Part shown: positions 48,701 through 58,458 of the stretch, one piece after another
How positions within the stretch are numbered: position 1 is the first letter of the stretch
How the letters are laid out: each line of letters starts with the position of its first letter
Assembly: GCA_041737295.1 (NCBI GenBank)
Contig: JBGSSA010000030.1
Coordinates: 24,193-88,192, forward strand
Source of the DNA: Bacteroidales bacterium
Lineage (GTDB): Bacteria; Bacteroidota; Bacteroidia; Bacteroidales; UBA10428
DNA length: 64,000 nucleotides
Reading direction: 5' to 3'
Program-made: the position numbers and the translations under genes
The notes under the pieces: model-generated
The model's input: the letters and a program-made list of their open reading frames with translations, nothing else
The model's database searches: none
Told to the model about the DNA's origin: nothing

Positions 48701-51700
48701 ACGGATGCAGATGATATTAACCTGGCATCTGCCACTATCACCGTTTCAGGAAATTATCAAAACGGCGAGGATTTCCTTTCATTTACCAATGCCAATGGGA
48801 TCACATCCTCCTGGAATGCCGGGTCTGGCCAGCTAACCCTTTCCGGAAGTGCAACCGTTGCCGTTTACCAGGCCGCATTGCGATCAGTTAAATATGCCAA
48901 TACAAGTTCCAACCCGAATACTGCCACAAGGAATATTACTTTCAGGGTAAGTGACGGCACCGATGTCAGCAACCTGCAGAGCAGGAATATCATCATAACT
49001 GCTGTGAACAATCCACCTGTGCTTGGAAGTATCGAAAGCGCCGATCTTAACTATACGGAAGGGGATGGCCCGGTTTCCGTTTCGGGTACGATTTCGGTAA
49101 CAGACGCTGATAATCTTACCCTGCAGTCGGCAACAGTATCAATATCTGCCAATTACAGGAATACCGAGGATATTCTGTCCTATGCAACTGCAAATGGAAT
49201 TACAGGTTCGTGGAATGGCACATCCGGGGTTCTTACCCTTACGGGTAACGTAAGTCCGGCGAACTACCAGACCGCCCTGCGCGCAGTAAAATATACGAAT
49301 ACAAGCGGCAATCCGAATATCACCGACCGCACCGTTTCATTCCAGGTGAGCGATGGTACACTAAGCAACGTGGTGAACCGGAATATTAAAATCACCCGGA
49401 CCGGGGTATTCAGCAGCAGCATTGCAGGTTCAGCAAGTTATTGCCCTTCCGCAGTAATGCCAATTGTTCTGACAGTTATCGATGGTACATCCCCTTTTAC
49501 TGCAACACTTACCCGCACAGGTAGCGTGCTGAACAGGGATACAGTGATCACAGGCATTGCTGCCTCACCTTATACCATTAATGTGAAGCTTACGGGAAGC
49601 TATGTATTAAAAAAACTTACCGATGCACTCAATGAAGAAGCGATTGTAACCGCAACTCCGGTTGTCCTGGCTGCATTTCCCAAACCAAGGGGAGTATTAT
49701 CAGGCCCATCGACAGTTTGTAATGACGGACAGCCGGTTCAGCTTTCCCTGAACCTGACTGGAACATCTCCCTGGAATTTCACGATCCGGAGGGGCAACGC
49801 CATTTATGATACCACCATTACAGGTGCCACTTCTGATCCGTATCCATTTAGTACCCGGGTCACTTCTTCGCCCATGACCGTCCGGTTGATTGCCATTTCC
49901 GATGCCCATTGCACAGGGGATACAATCGGTTCAGGTACAGTAAGGGTCACTTATCTGCCCTCTCCTGCAGCTGTAATTTCGGGTCAGGATACGATATGCC
50001 CGGGAGGTACCGGGAATCTTAAGGTAACCATCACGGGTGCTGCAGGTCCCTGGGACATTACCTATCTCAGGGATGGCGCCAATCCGACCACTATCTCCAA
50101 TATTACCGTTTCACCCCACACATTTCCGGTAACGGGAACAGGGAATTTTACCCTTTCAAAAGTCGAGCAGACTATTGCCGACGGCTGTACGGGCAGGGTG
50201 AGCGGCACAGGAAGGATTGTTTCTCATGTGGTGCCCACAGCTTCAATATCAGGTAATTTAACCTTTTGCCAATATACCTCTGCTAACCTGAACGTTACCC
50301 TCACCGGCAATTCACCATGGAAGTTCAAGTATAAGCTTAATTCCGAATCCCCCATAGAGGTGCTGAATGTTTCCTCAAGTCCGAAAACATTGTCAATCAA
50401 CAAAGCAGGGACCTATACGCTGGTTGAAGTTTTTGATAAAAACTGCAAAGGTACAATATCCGGCTCCGTAGGTGTTACAATGACCCCGGCGCCGGTGGTT
50501 AGCCTGTCGGGACTGGACCCTGCCTATAATAAAAATTCAACGGAAAGGTTTCTCCTTACCGGTACACCTTCGGGGGGTACATTCTTGGGTCCCGGCGTGA
50601 TATTTTACCTTGATGATTGGTATTTTTTACCTTCCTTTGCTCCCGCTGGAACACATGATATCGTGTATTCCTATCGCCAAACGCCCACATCCTGCTACGG
50701 TTATGATACGGCAGTTGTGAGGGTGCTTGAAGCCGATGCAAGTATCGATTTTCCTGAAGAACGTGTGAAATACTGCCAGAACGAAGAGCCTTTTGCGGTC
50801 ACGGGATGGAATATTGCCAACGACATAGGAAGCTTTACAATCAGCGGCGGAGTTGGTCTGACAGACCACGGCGACAATACGGCTACGGTAAATCCGGCCC
50901 TGTTGAGTGTAAGGGATTATACAATCACATATACCTACTTTGACGGCACCACGCTGAATGTAGAAAGTACGTTTGAAATGGGCAGACCTCCCCAGGCAGA
51001 TTTCAGATGGGAATCCGAATGCTATGAACCCGGACAGTCCATTCAGTTTATGGATGCTTCCGTGGCAAACTTCGGAAATATAACAGCCTTTAATTGGAAA
51101 ATATACACATCCACCGGCTTTGATACGGATTCTACAAAGGATATCAGCTATACATTCCCTAAGGCCGGCAATCACATCATTGAATTGCAGGTAGAGACCT
51201 CCAATGGATGCTCTGCAAGTGTGTCGAAAGTATTTGGATTGAGGCCTATTATTACTCCGAAAGCAGATGGTTTCAGAACCGAAACATTTGAGGAGGGCCC
51301 CCTCAGCTGGCGAAGCAGTAACCTCGCTGCACCGGCAACCAACAGCTGGACACTGGGCACTCCGGATGATCCATCCGGGATTCACGGAGCCTATAGCGGG
51401 ATTAACAGCTGGTATACCGACCTTGCAGAATCAAATTACGCTTCCGAAAAATCATGGGTCTCAAGTCCATGCTATGATTTTACGGGCATGAACAGGCCAA
51501 TGGTGAAAATAAACATATGGCGTGATTTCAATGGCCGCCGGGATGGTGCAGTTTTACAGGCAACAACAGATAGCGCAAGATCCTGGTTTAACATCGGCCA
51601 AATTGGGGACGGGCAGAACTGGTTCAACGAATACACAATCCTCGGAAATCCGGGTGGGCAGCAGGTTGGCTGGTCTAATATACAGGATGCCGGCTGGATT

Positions 51701-52798
51701 GAATCCCGGCATGCACTCGATATGCTTAAAGGAAAAACCAGGGTGCAATTCAGGATAGCGTATGGTTCCGACGGCACCGTGCTGAATACCAACGGTTTTG
51801 CATTTGACGACTTCTGGATCGGTGAGCGTAACAGAAGGGTGCTGATCGAACATTTTACCAATACATTCGATGCGGCCAGTCAGGATGCGAATGACAAACT
51901 GAATGCCATTGTGAATGAGGATTCAATCAATACGATCGATCTGCAGTATCATACTTCTTTCCCGGGTAATGATCCGTTCAATGAACAGGAACCCTTTGCA
52001 CCCAGTTCAAGAGTTCTGTATTATGGAATTTCGAATGTTCCCTATGCCATCCTGAACGGTGGTTACAAACAGGGTTACCGGTTCGACTATGACAGCAAGG
52101 ATCTGGATGCAAACACCATCCGCCTGGAATCTTTGAATGATGCCCTGTTTACTATCGATATTACCGAATCCCATTTTTCAAATAATAATGCGATATTTCA
52201 AATTCAGTTCGGACCCAAACATGATTTGACTGCCCATGAATATACTCTTCATGCCGGTATTTTTGAAAGAAAGGTAATGGGAGCAGGCATCAATGGGGAT
52301 ACAATTTATGAAAACGTGGTAAGGGCCTTTCTGCCTGATCCTGCAGGTATTACCATTTTTGAGGATTGGAAGGCGATTGACGGCAGAACGCAGGACTACT
52401 CCTGGAGTATTCCTGAAGGTATTAACCCGGGCGGGCTTATGGCCTTTGCCTTTATACAGGATGAAGCAACCTCTGAAGTATACCAGGTTAATTGGGTTAA
52501 CATCGGTTTTTCAACAGAAATACCCGGGGTATTGCCCGGAACATCACGCGTGAAGTTCATTGTATTCCCCAATCCGGCCAGGGATCAGGCATTTGTCCGT
52601 TTTGACAAACCGGTGAAAGGCGATGTGAGAATTGAAATGTTCAATAACCTGGGAAGCCTTGTGTATACTGAAAATATTTCACAGACTGACACCGATACCG
52701 AAATAATGACAGATAGATATCCCGATGGATTATACATTATCAGGATAATCGCAGGAAATGAAATTTTGGGAGTTACTAAACTGAATATTACAAGATAA
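45767..52798 (+). CDS. Giant T9SS-secreted repeat surface protein (cadherin/Ig-like stalk, PKD, MAM-like, Omp28-like, type A CTD)
   Basis: Signal ATG|Q; 3 ~97-aa VNxAP repeats plus a Big_9-like unit; six 133-aa repeats; GxxPW Ig units; ADF..PKD; VLIEHFTN; FPNPA...GLYIIRI...KLNI. Confidence 0.88.
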   Translation: MKTGTLVNRFVLSLICFSLITHFNGATGQTLPVTDIPDQTIDRGQSFSTISLDDYIDVRPNERHNIEWTTSGENQLSVNIDNDRNASVVPLSETWTGSETITFHAMDTDLNTGSDAAMFTILQAVNAAPVVIDIPDQQYEEGEGFQAFNLDNYVTDPDHSAAELTWSTSGNSALSVNIDPDTHTAIIDVPNADWNGSETIVFKATDPESESSEDQATFSLTPVNDAPVMSDIPGETINSDELFNTIALDDYVSDVDNLNSELSWTITGNTDLMPSVDESRIASINMPSNWSGSEVLTFEVKDPSNSGDSDDATFEAMAINAAPVAVDDNYATTQGATLNIAAPGVLSNDTDLDLDPLTAIKVTDPSHGTVTLNSDGSFSYAHDGTASTTDAFTYKASDGTTESNVVTVTIDITLVNVPPVLGGIEGSALDYTEGDGPVSVTGSIIITDADNANLASAVITISGNYQNGEDVLSFTNANGISGSWNSTSGQMTLTGNASVADYRSALRAVRYTNSSATPSTLTRTVTFRVNDGTDNSNTQSRNISVTALNSAPVLAAIEGSTLAFTEGDGPVNVTATITVTDADNTNLASAVITISNNYQNGEDVLSFTNTASITGSWNSTSGQMTLMGSASVADYRSALRAVRYTNNSATPSNLTRTVTFRVNDGTDNSNTLSRNISVTALNSAPVLAAIEGSTLAFTEGDGPVNVTATITVTDADNTNLASAVITISGNYQNGEDVLSFTNTASITGSWNSSTGQLTLSGNTSLLNYRNALRAVTYTNSSATPSTLTRTISFRVNDGTDNSNTQTRNISVAGSNTAPVLAAIESNTLGYTEGDGPVNITGSITVTDVDNTNMASAVITISSNYQNGEDVLSFTNTASITGSWNSSTGQLTLSGSASIAAYRTALRAVRYTNNSATPSNLTRTVTFRVNDGTDNSNTQTRNISVNAFNSVPVLGSIETSALSYTEGAGPVNITATLTATDADDINLASATITVSGNYQNGEDFLSFTNANGITSSWNAGSGQLTLSGSATVAVYQAALRSVKYANTSSNPNTATRNITFRVSDGTDVSNLQSRNIIITAVNNPPVLGSIESADLNYTEGDGPVSVSGTISVTDADNLTLQSATVSISANYRNTEDILSYATANGITGSWNGTSGVLTLTGNVSPANYQTALRAVKYTNTSGNPNITDRTVSFQVSDGTLSNVVNRNIKITRTGVFSSSIAGSASYCPSAVMPIVLTVIDGTSPFTATLTRTGSVLNRDTVITGIAASPYTINVKLTGSYVLKKLTDALNEEAIVTATPVVLAAFPKPRGVLSGPSTVCNDGQPVQLSLNLTGTSPWNFTIRRGNAIYDTTITGATSDPYPFSTRVTSSPMTVRLIAISDAHCTGDTIGSGTVRVTYLPSPAAVISGQDTICPGGTGNLKVTITGAAGPWDITYLRDGANPTTISNITVSPHTFPVTGTGNFTLSKVEQTIADGCTGRVSGTGRIVSHVVPTASISGNLTFCQYTSANLNVTLTGNSPWKFKYKLNSESPIEVLNVSSSPKTLSINKAGTYTLVEVFDKNCKGTISGSVGVTMTPAPVVSLSGLDPAYNKNSTERFLLTGTPSGGTFLGPGVIFYLDDWYFLPSFAPAGTHDIVYSYRQTPTSCYGYDTAVVRVLEADASIDFPEERVKYCQNEEPFAVTGWNIANDIGSFTISGGVGLTDHGDNTATVNPALLSVRDYTITYTYFDGTTLNVESTFEMGRPPQADFRWESECYEPGQSIQFMDASVANFGNITAFNWKIYTSTGFDTDSTKDISYTFPKAGNHIIELQVETSNGCSASVSKVFGLRPIITPKADGFRTETFEEGPLSWRSSNLAAPATNSWTLGTPDDPSGIHGAYSGINSWYTDLAESNYASEKSWVSSPCYDFTGMNRPMVKINIWRDFNGRRDGAVLQATTDSARSWFNIGQIGDGQNWFNEYTILGNPGGQQVGWSNIQDAGWIESRHALDMLKGKTRVQFRIAYGSDGTVLNTNGFAFDDFWIGERNRRVLIEHFTNTFDAASQDANDKLNAIVNEDSINTIDLQYHTSFPGNDPFNEQEPFAPSSRVLYYGISNVPYAILNGGYKQGYRFDYDSKDLDANTIRLESLNDALFTIDITESHFSNNNAIFQIQFGPKHDLTAHEYTLHAGIFERKVMGAGINGDTIYENVVRAFLPDPAGITIFEDWKAIDGRTQDYSWSIPEGINPGGLMAFAFIQDEATSEVYQVNWVNIGFSTEIPGVLPGTSRVKFIVFPNPARDQAFVRFDKPVKGDVRIEMFNNLGSLVYTENISQTDTDTEIMTDRYPDGLYIIRIIAGNEILGVTKLNITR
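47024..49400 (+). repeat. Six tandem 399-bp (133-aa) repeats
   Basis: Unit starts at 47024, 47423, 47822, 48221, 48620 and 49019. Confidence 0.92.
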
Positions 52799-52902
52799 GC
52801 ACCTTGTTGGATTTATCCGGATCAACCGGTTGAACAAGTTATCGTGTGATATTGTTATGCTAGGACATATCCGGCCCTACCAGCCTGAAAAATTTCGCAG
52901 TT

Positions 52903-55900
52903 ATGAATACTGGAAATTATCTCTGCCGTGCCCTAACTCTCCTGGCTGGACTGTTTTGGCTGGCCCTGTCTACAGTTCTGCCGGCGGAAGGTGAGTTGTA
53001 CATATTGTATAAGGATATACATGCAGCCCCCATTTTGAACAGAATTGAATCTGCTGACCTGCTTTATGAAACAGGAAGCGGAAGAGCCGATATAACAAAC
53101 TCAATTACCATATCTGACACGGACAGCAAAAATCTCCGGTCTGCAACCATACGAATTACCGAGGGCTACCATGCCAATGAAGATATCCTGAATTTTAAAA
53201 ATCAAAACGGAATTATCGGATTCTGGAATAAAAACACGGGAATCCTTACACTTGCGGGCAGTGCCTCACTATCGAACTACAGGTCTGCACTAAGGAGTAT
53301 ACAATACGAAAATACTAATGCTGTCAATCCTTCCAATGACAGGCGAAAGGTGACATTTACCGTTAATGACGGCCTTACAAGCAGCAATACGGTTTACAGG
53401 TATATCACTATTTATATTCCAAACGATGCCCCCGTGCTGGGAAATATTGAAACTTCGCAAATTGTTTATTGTGTGAATTCCGGTGAGATTCCGGTTACAT
53501 CCTCGATATCGGTTTCGGATGGAAATAACCAAAACCTCAGCTCGGCCAAAATTCAGATTACCAGTAACTATACCCGAAATGAGGATTTCCTCCGGTTTAC
53601 CAATCGCAATGGAATTACCGCGTCGTGGGATGCATCCGATGGAATCCTTACTCTCACAGGCATTGCCTCCAAGGCCGATTACCAGCAGGCCCTGAGGAGC
53701 ATCCGCTATGAAAATACAAATTCCGAAAACCCTGAAACCGGAGTTCATACAGTATCTTTTGTAGTGAATGACGGAACGGTATATGGAAATTCAGTCAGTC
53801 GGGGCATTTATGTGAACGGCCCGGTGAGTGCTGTACTGAATGGGAATGCCACCCTGTGCGGTGATGAATCGGCCTCCATACCGCTTGAAGTTAAATTTCA
53901 GGGAACACCCCCCTGGAAATTTACAATTACAAGGAATAACGGAAACGAAAGGAACTATGACAGGATCAGTGAAAATCCCTATAGTTTTAATGTAAACCAG
54001 CAGGGCACATACCGGATCAAATCAATATCAGATGCCAATTGTACAGGGGATACAACCGGATCAGGTTCCGTTAAAATTACATTCAATACCCCGCCCACTG
54101 CTGTCCTGTCAGGCGGCGACACTATCTGCCAGGGCGGAACCGCAGAGCTTTCCGTCCTTCTGACCGGCAAAGCACCCTGGAATTTAACTTATAACCGCAA
54201 TGGTTCAAATCCAACCGTTATCAATAACATCAATACCCCGAATTACAAATTAAGGATCACTTCGTCCGGAATTTATACCCTGTCAGCCGTGACAGATGCC
54301 TTATGTACCAATGGAAAGATCTCGGGAAGTGCATCGGTGATACAACTCCCGGCAGCCACGGCGCTACTTTCAGGTGACGTTTCCATATGTGAAAACGCAT
54401 CCGCAGCATTAAGTGTTAGTCTTACCGGTACTGCACCATGGCGTTTCAGCTACAAAAAGGACAACGGAACACCGGTTATCGTTCAGGATGTAAATGCGAG
54501 CCCAAAGACGGTTGCCGTTAACCAGGCAGGATATTATACCCTTTTTGAAGTTTATGATAAAAATTGTAAAGGTACAGTATCCGGTTCAGCGAGGATCCAG
54601 ATACAACCTGCCCCGGATGTAACTTTATCGGGACTGGCATCTGCCTATAACAAGGACTCTTCTGAACTGGTTCCTCTGTTTGGTTCACCTGCAGGGGGCA
54701 TATTCTCCGGCCCCGGAGTGATACCCTACAATAATGAATGGTATTTCCTTACTTCCCTTCCCCCGGCAGGAACCCATCACATTGTTTATGCGTATCGCCA
54801 ATCACCCACATCCTGCTTTGGATATGATACGGTAGTCGTCAGAATATTGGAGGCAAGCGCGGTGATTGATTTTCCTCAAAACCGCACCAACATTTGCCGG
54901 AACGAAGAACCATTCACCATCAGGGCAGTCAACCTGAATAACAGCATCGGTAATTTTACAATAGCCGGCGGGATCGGGCTTATAAATAACGGTGATAACA
55001 CGGCAACAATTGACCCGCGTGGACTTGGTGCCGGCAATTATACAATTACCTATACCTATACCGATGTTACAACCTTTTCAGTAAAAAGGACCTTTGAGAT
55101 CGGAAATGCGCCGGTGGCTGATTTTAAATGGGAATCCGAATGCTTTGAGCCGGGACAGTCCATTAGTTTTAGAAATACTTCTGCAACTACTTTTGGCAGC
55201 CTGGAAGAATTTGTGTGGACAGTCTCGGCTGAAGGCCGGATAGATACCTTTACCACTGAAAATATAGAATTCGCGTTTGCGGACGAAGGACGGTATGTTA
55301 TAAACCTGACCGTTAATACTACAAACGGATGTACAGGCGAGGTTTCCAAAACACTGGGTTTAAGTTTGCCCATTGAGCTGGCAGGCCGGTATTTCCATGA
55401 AGATTTTGAAGATTCTACCCTGACCTGGCATTCCAATACCCTGCATTCAAACACGGTGAACAGCTGGACACTAAGCGGCATATCCAAAGGATTTACTCAT
55501 ACGGAAGAGGGACGCCTTTTCTGGCATACCTATATTCCTTCCCAGATTGGTCCCGTTGAAGAATCCTGGGTTACAAGCCCCTGCTTCGATTTTTCGGGCA
55601 CCGATAAACCTATGGTCATACTGGATATCTGGCAGCGGTTCAACAACCTGAGGAACGGAGCCGCCCTCCAGGCTACTTCCGACAGTGGCAAAACATGGAC
55701 TAATATCGGACTACTTGATGATGGCATAAACTGGTTCAACAGTTATGAGATCAGGGGGAACCTGGGGAATCAGCATGTCGGATGGGCCGGATTCCAGGAA
55801 AACGAATGGATGGAATCCCGCCATGACCTGGATATGCTGAAAGGCAAGAAAAGGGTTCAGTTCCGGATGATCTACGGATCGGATGGCACTGCCCTGAATT

Positions 55901-56907
55901 CAGACGGGATAGCGTTTGATAATTTCATTATTACGGAAAGAAACCGGAATGTCCTCCTTGAGCATTTTACAAATTCATCCGATTCAGCATCCAGAATAGC
56001 CAATGGCTTTATCAATACTATGGTGGGTGCCGACTCAACAAACCTGGTTGACCTTCAATACCATACCTCATTTCCCGGCCATGATCCGTTCAATGCACAG
56101 GATCCCTATGTTTCCAACTCCAGGTTACTGTATTACGGTCTTGTGGATGTACCTTATACAATCCTCAACGGGGGAACCGAAATTTCTAACCGGATTGATT
56201 ACAGAGAGAGAAAGCTGACCGGGAAACCCTTGCGGTATGAATCCCTTGAAGATACAAAATTCAAGGTACAGGTATATTCCAAACTTGAAAATAACAACGC
56301 CCTTTATATAAATACATGGGTCACTGCCATGGATGATATGCCTTCCGGTGAATACACGGTACATGTTGGTGTGATTGAACGAAAGATCACTGAGGAGACT
56401 GGGACCAACGGGGAAACTGTATTTGAAAATGTGGTAAAGACATTCCTGCCCGACCCTGCCGGCACCACGCTCTACAGGTCATGGAATACAAATGATATGG
56501 ATACGGTAGATAATTACTGGTATCCGCAAAATGTATATAACCTCAATGAACTCAAGGTATTTGCATTTATCCAGGATGAATCTACAAATGAAGTATACCA
56601 GGTCGCACTGAACAATATTGACCTGATCACAGGTATACGGAATTCATATTCGTCCGATAATACACTTTTTACTTATCCTAATCCCGCATCTGACAAGGTA
56701 TTTGTGAAACTTGACAAACCCGTTAACGGTTTTGTCAGACTGGATTTTTACAATAATCTGGGTGCCCTGGTGAAATGCGTTGAGGTTCCCGGAACATCAG
56801 ACGAAAAGGAAATCTCCACTTCCCAGTTCCCTGATGGCATGTACATTATCCGTGCTGTATCGGGGACTTCATTATTGGGTGTGCAAAAACTGAATATCAG
56901 TCATTAA
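52903..56907 (+). CDS. Shorter paralogous T9SS surface protein
   Basis: Two 133-aa-type repeats, three GxxPW Ig units, then the same PKD/MAM-like/Omp28-like/CTD order (YPNPA...GMYIIR...KLNISH). Confidence 0.88.
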   Translation: MNTGNYLCRALTLLAGLFWLALSTVLPAEGELYILYKDIHAAPILNRIESADLLYETGSGRADITNSITISDTDSKNLRSATIRITEGYHANEDILNFKNQNGIIGFWNKNTGILTLAGSASLSNYRSALRSIQYENTNAVNPSNDRRKVTFTVNDGLTSSNTVYRYITIYIPNDAPVLGNIETSQIVYCVNSGEIPVTSSISVSDGNNQNLSSAKIQITSNYTRNEDFLRFTNRNGITASWDASDGILTLTGIASKADYQQALRSIRYENTNSENPETGVHTVSFVVNDGTVYGNSVSRGIYVNGPVSAVLNGNATLCGDESASIPLEVKFQGTPPWKFTITRNNGNERNYDRISENPYSFNVNQQGTYRIKSISDANCTGDTTGSGSVKITFNTPPTAVLSGGDTICQGGTAELSVLLTGKAPWNLTYNRNGSNPTVINNINTPNYKLRITSSGIYTLSAVTDALCTNGKISGSASVIQLPAATALLSGDVSICENASAALSVSLTGTAPWRFSYKKDNGTPVIVQDVNASPKTVAVNQAGYYTLFEVYDKNCKGTVSGSARIQIQPAPDVTLSGLASAYNKDSSELVPLFGSPAGGIFSGPGVIPYNNEWYFLTSLPPAGTHHIVYAYRQSPTSCFGYDTVVVRILEASAVIDFPQNRTNICRNEEPFTIRAVNLNNSIGNFTIAGGIGLINNGDNTATIDPRGLGAGNYTITYTYTDVTTFSVKRTFEIGNAPVADFKWESECFEPGQSISFRNTSATTFGSLEEFVWTVSAEGRIDTFTTENIEFAFADEGRYVINLTVNTTNGCTGEVSKTLGLSLPIELAGRYFHEDFEDSTLTWHSNTLHSNTVNSWTLSGISKGFTHTEEGRLFWHTYIPSQIGPVEESWVTSPCFDFSGTDKPMVILDIWQRFNNLRNGAALQATSDSGKTWTNIGLLDDGINWFNSYEIRGNLGNQHVGWAGFQENEWMESRHDLDMLKGKKRVQFRMIYGSDGTALNSDGIAFDNFIITERNRNVLLEHFTNSSDSASRIANGFINTMVGADSTNLVDLQYHTSFPGHDPFNAQDPYVSNSRLLYYGLVDVPYTILNGGTEISNRIDYRERKLTGKPLRYESLEDTKFKVQVYSKLENNNALYINTWVTAMDDMPSGEYTVHVGVIERKITEETGTNGETVFENVVKTFLPDPAGTTLYRSWNTNDMDTVDNYWYPQNVYNLNELKVFAFIQDESTNEVYQVALNNIDLITGIRNSYSSDNTLFTYPNPASDKVFVKLDKPVNGFVRLDFYNNLGALVKCVEVPGTSDEKEISTSQFPDGMYIIRAVSGTSLLGVQKLNISH

Positions 56908-58102
56908 GGTGACGGGCAAATTCCCGGCCGAATTCAACTATCTGCTCATGTTTCTTTTCATCGGGTGAAAATTTAGCGGCAATGCCTTCCACCGGTATGT
57001 TCAATTTAAGGGCCTTCAATTGTCCTTCAATGAGTTTCACCGCTTCGCCGCTCCAGCCATATGATCCGAATGCGGCCGCCTTCTTTCCGCGGTCACGCAG
57101 CGGATTGATGACTGAGAACAACCGGTAAACAGGCAAAAGGGTATTCTGATTGATTGTTGGTGAACCAACCAGGATGGACTTGCTTCGCACGATCAGTTCT
57201 TCCAGTTCGCCCAGCAGGATATTTTCGATATCCACAATCACCACTTTGTAGTCAACCACCTGATGGATTCCCTCTTTAATGGCTTCCGCCATTTGCCTTG
57301 TATACCCGTAAGCCGAAACATAGGTGATCAGTATGCGGTTGTCGACACACAGCGAATCCGCAATATAGGTCTCGGCATATTGTTCCGTCAGCTTCACTTT
57401 TTCCCGCCATGTACTGCGCAGAATAGGCCCATGACCAGGACAGATCATGGCTATGTCGAGCGGCCTGATCTTTTCAATGGCCTTAATCATGAAATTGCTG
57501 AAAGGCCGCAGGATCACATCAAAATAATACTTAAATGCCTCCTTGTAATCCGGGGTGAGATCATCAAACATGGCATCGTGACAAAAATGCGCACCAAATG
57601 AATCACAGGTAAACAACAGTTTATCCTGATCCAGGTAAGCATAAATAGTATCGGGCCAATGCAGGTTCGGTGCCGAAATAAATTTCAGGGTCTTGTTCCC
57701 CAGGTCCAGGGTATCCCCGTCTTTTACATAGCAAAATTCAAAAGGCTTGCCAACCATATCCTGCAAATAGGTGATTGCCTGGCGGCTGCCATAAACAACC
57801 GCTTTGGGAGCAAGCTCAAGTAAATGCTTTAAACATCCCGAATGGTCGGGTTCAGTATGGGTTACAACTATATAATCGATTTCGGCGGGATTCGTTACTT
57901 CATTGAGTTTTTTAAGAAACAAAAACTTGTGGCTTTCCTTTACCGTATCGATCACAACCTTCTTCTCCGCGTCAATAAAATAGGAATTATAGGTGGTTCC
58001 GTACTTGGTTTCCATCACAATGTCGAACGTCACAATATTTTTGTCCGGTACCCCAATCCAGCTTACATCCGGTGTTACCTTTAACAGTTCAAAATCAGCC
58101 AT
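56897..58102 (-). CDS. fprA: Flavodiiron protein (FprA, O2/NO reductase)
   Basis: GTTYNSY, HTEPDH, HWPD, CDSFGAH, PGHG, flavodoxin GSYGWSGEA. Confidence 0.94.
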   Translation of the reverse strand: MADFELLKVTPDVSWIGVPDKNIVTFDIVMETKYGTTYNSYFIDAEKKVVIDTVKESHKFLFLKKLNEVTNPAEIDYIVVTHTEPDHSGCLKHLLELAPKAVVYGSRQAITYLQDMVGKPFEFCYVKDGDTLDLGNKTLKFISAPNLHWPDTIYAYLDQDKLLFTCDSFGAHFCHDAMFDDLTPDYKEAFKYYFDVILRPFSNFMIKAIEKIRPLDIAMICPGHGPILRSTWREKVKLTEQYAETYIADSLCVDNRILITYVSAYGYTRQMAEAIKEGIHQVVDYKVVIVDIENILLGELEELIVRSKSILVGSPTINQNTLLPVYRLFSVINPLRDRGKKAAAFGSYGWSGEAVKLIEGQLKALKLNIPVEGIAAKFSPDEKKHEQIVEFGREFARHLND

Positions 58103-58237
58103 TCCTTTTGTTTTTAATTGCAAGCCTCAAATTTATAAAGATTTACTTTAAGCCAGGGATTAGGATGATTTTTTTTTAATAGGTTTTGGACGATTCAAAG
58201 GAATTTCTATCTTTACATAGATTGATATTTAAATTCA

Positions 58238-58456
58238 TTGCATATCTCACTTCTCAAACGGATATTCTATTTCTATTACGATGGATTCACAAGCATGACC
58301 GTCGGTAAAAAGCTTTGGATCATCATCTTTATAAAGCTATTCATCCTGTTTGCCATCCTGAAAGTCTTCTTTTTCCCCGATTTACTGAAAACCCGGTTTA
58401 ACAATGACCGGGAGCGGGGCGATTATGTCATTGAACAGCTATCAAAACCCAGATAA
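58238..58456 (+). CDS. DUF4492 small membrane protein
   Basis: FYYDGF..MTVGKKLW.II.IKLFI.FAILKVFFFP directly before cydA. Confidence 0.85.
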   Translation: MHISLLKRIFYFYYDGFTSMTVGKKLWIIIFIKLFILFAILKVFFFPDLLKTRFNNDRERGDYVIEQLSKPR

Positions 58457-58458
58457 AT

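Noticed and set aside
47024..49400. CRISPR or non-coding repeat; antisense ORFs 47269-47556 and 47668-47955
   Set aside because: The repeats are in-frame protein domains; the antisense ORFs are shadows of them
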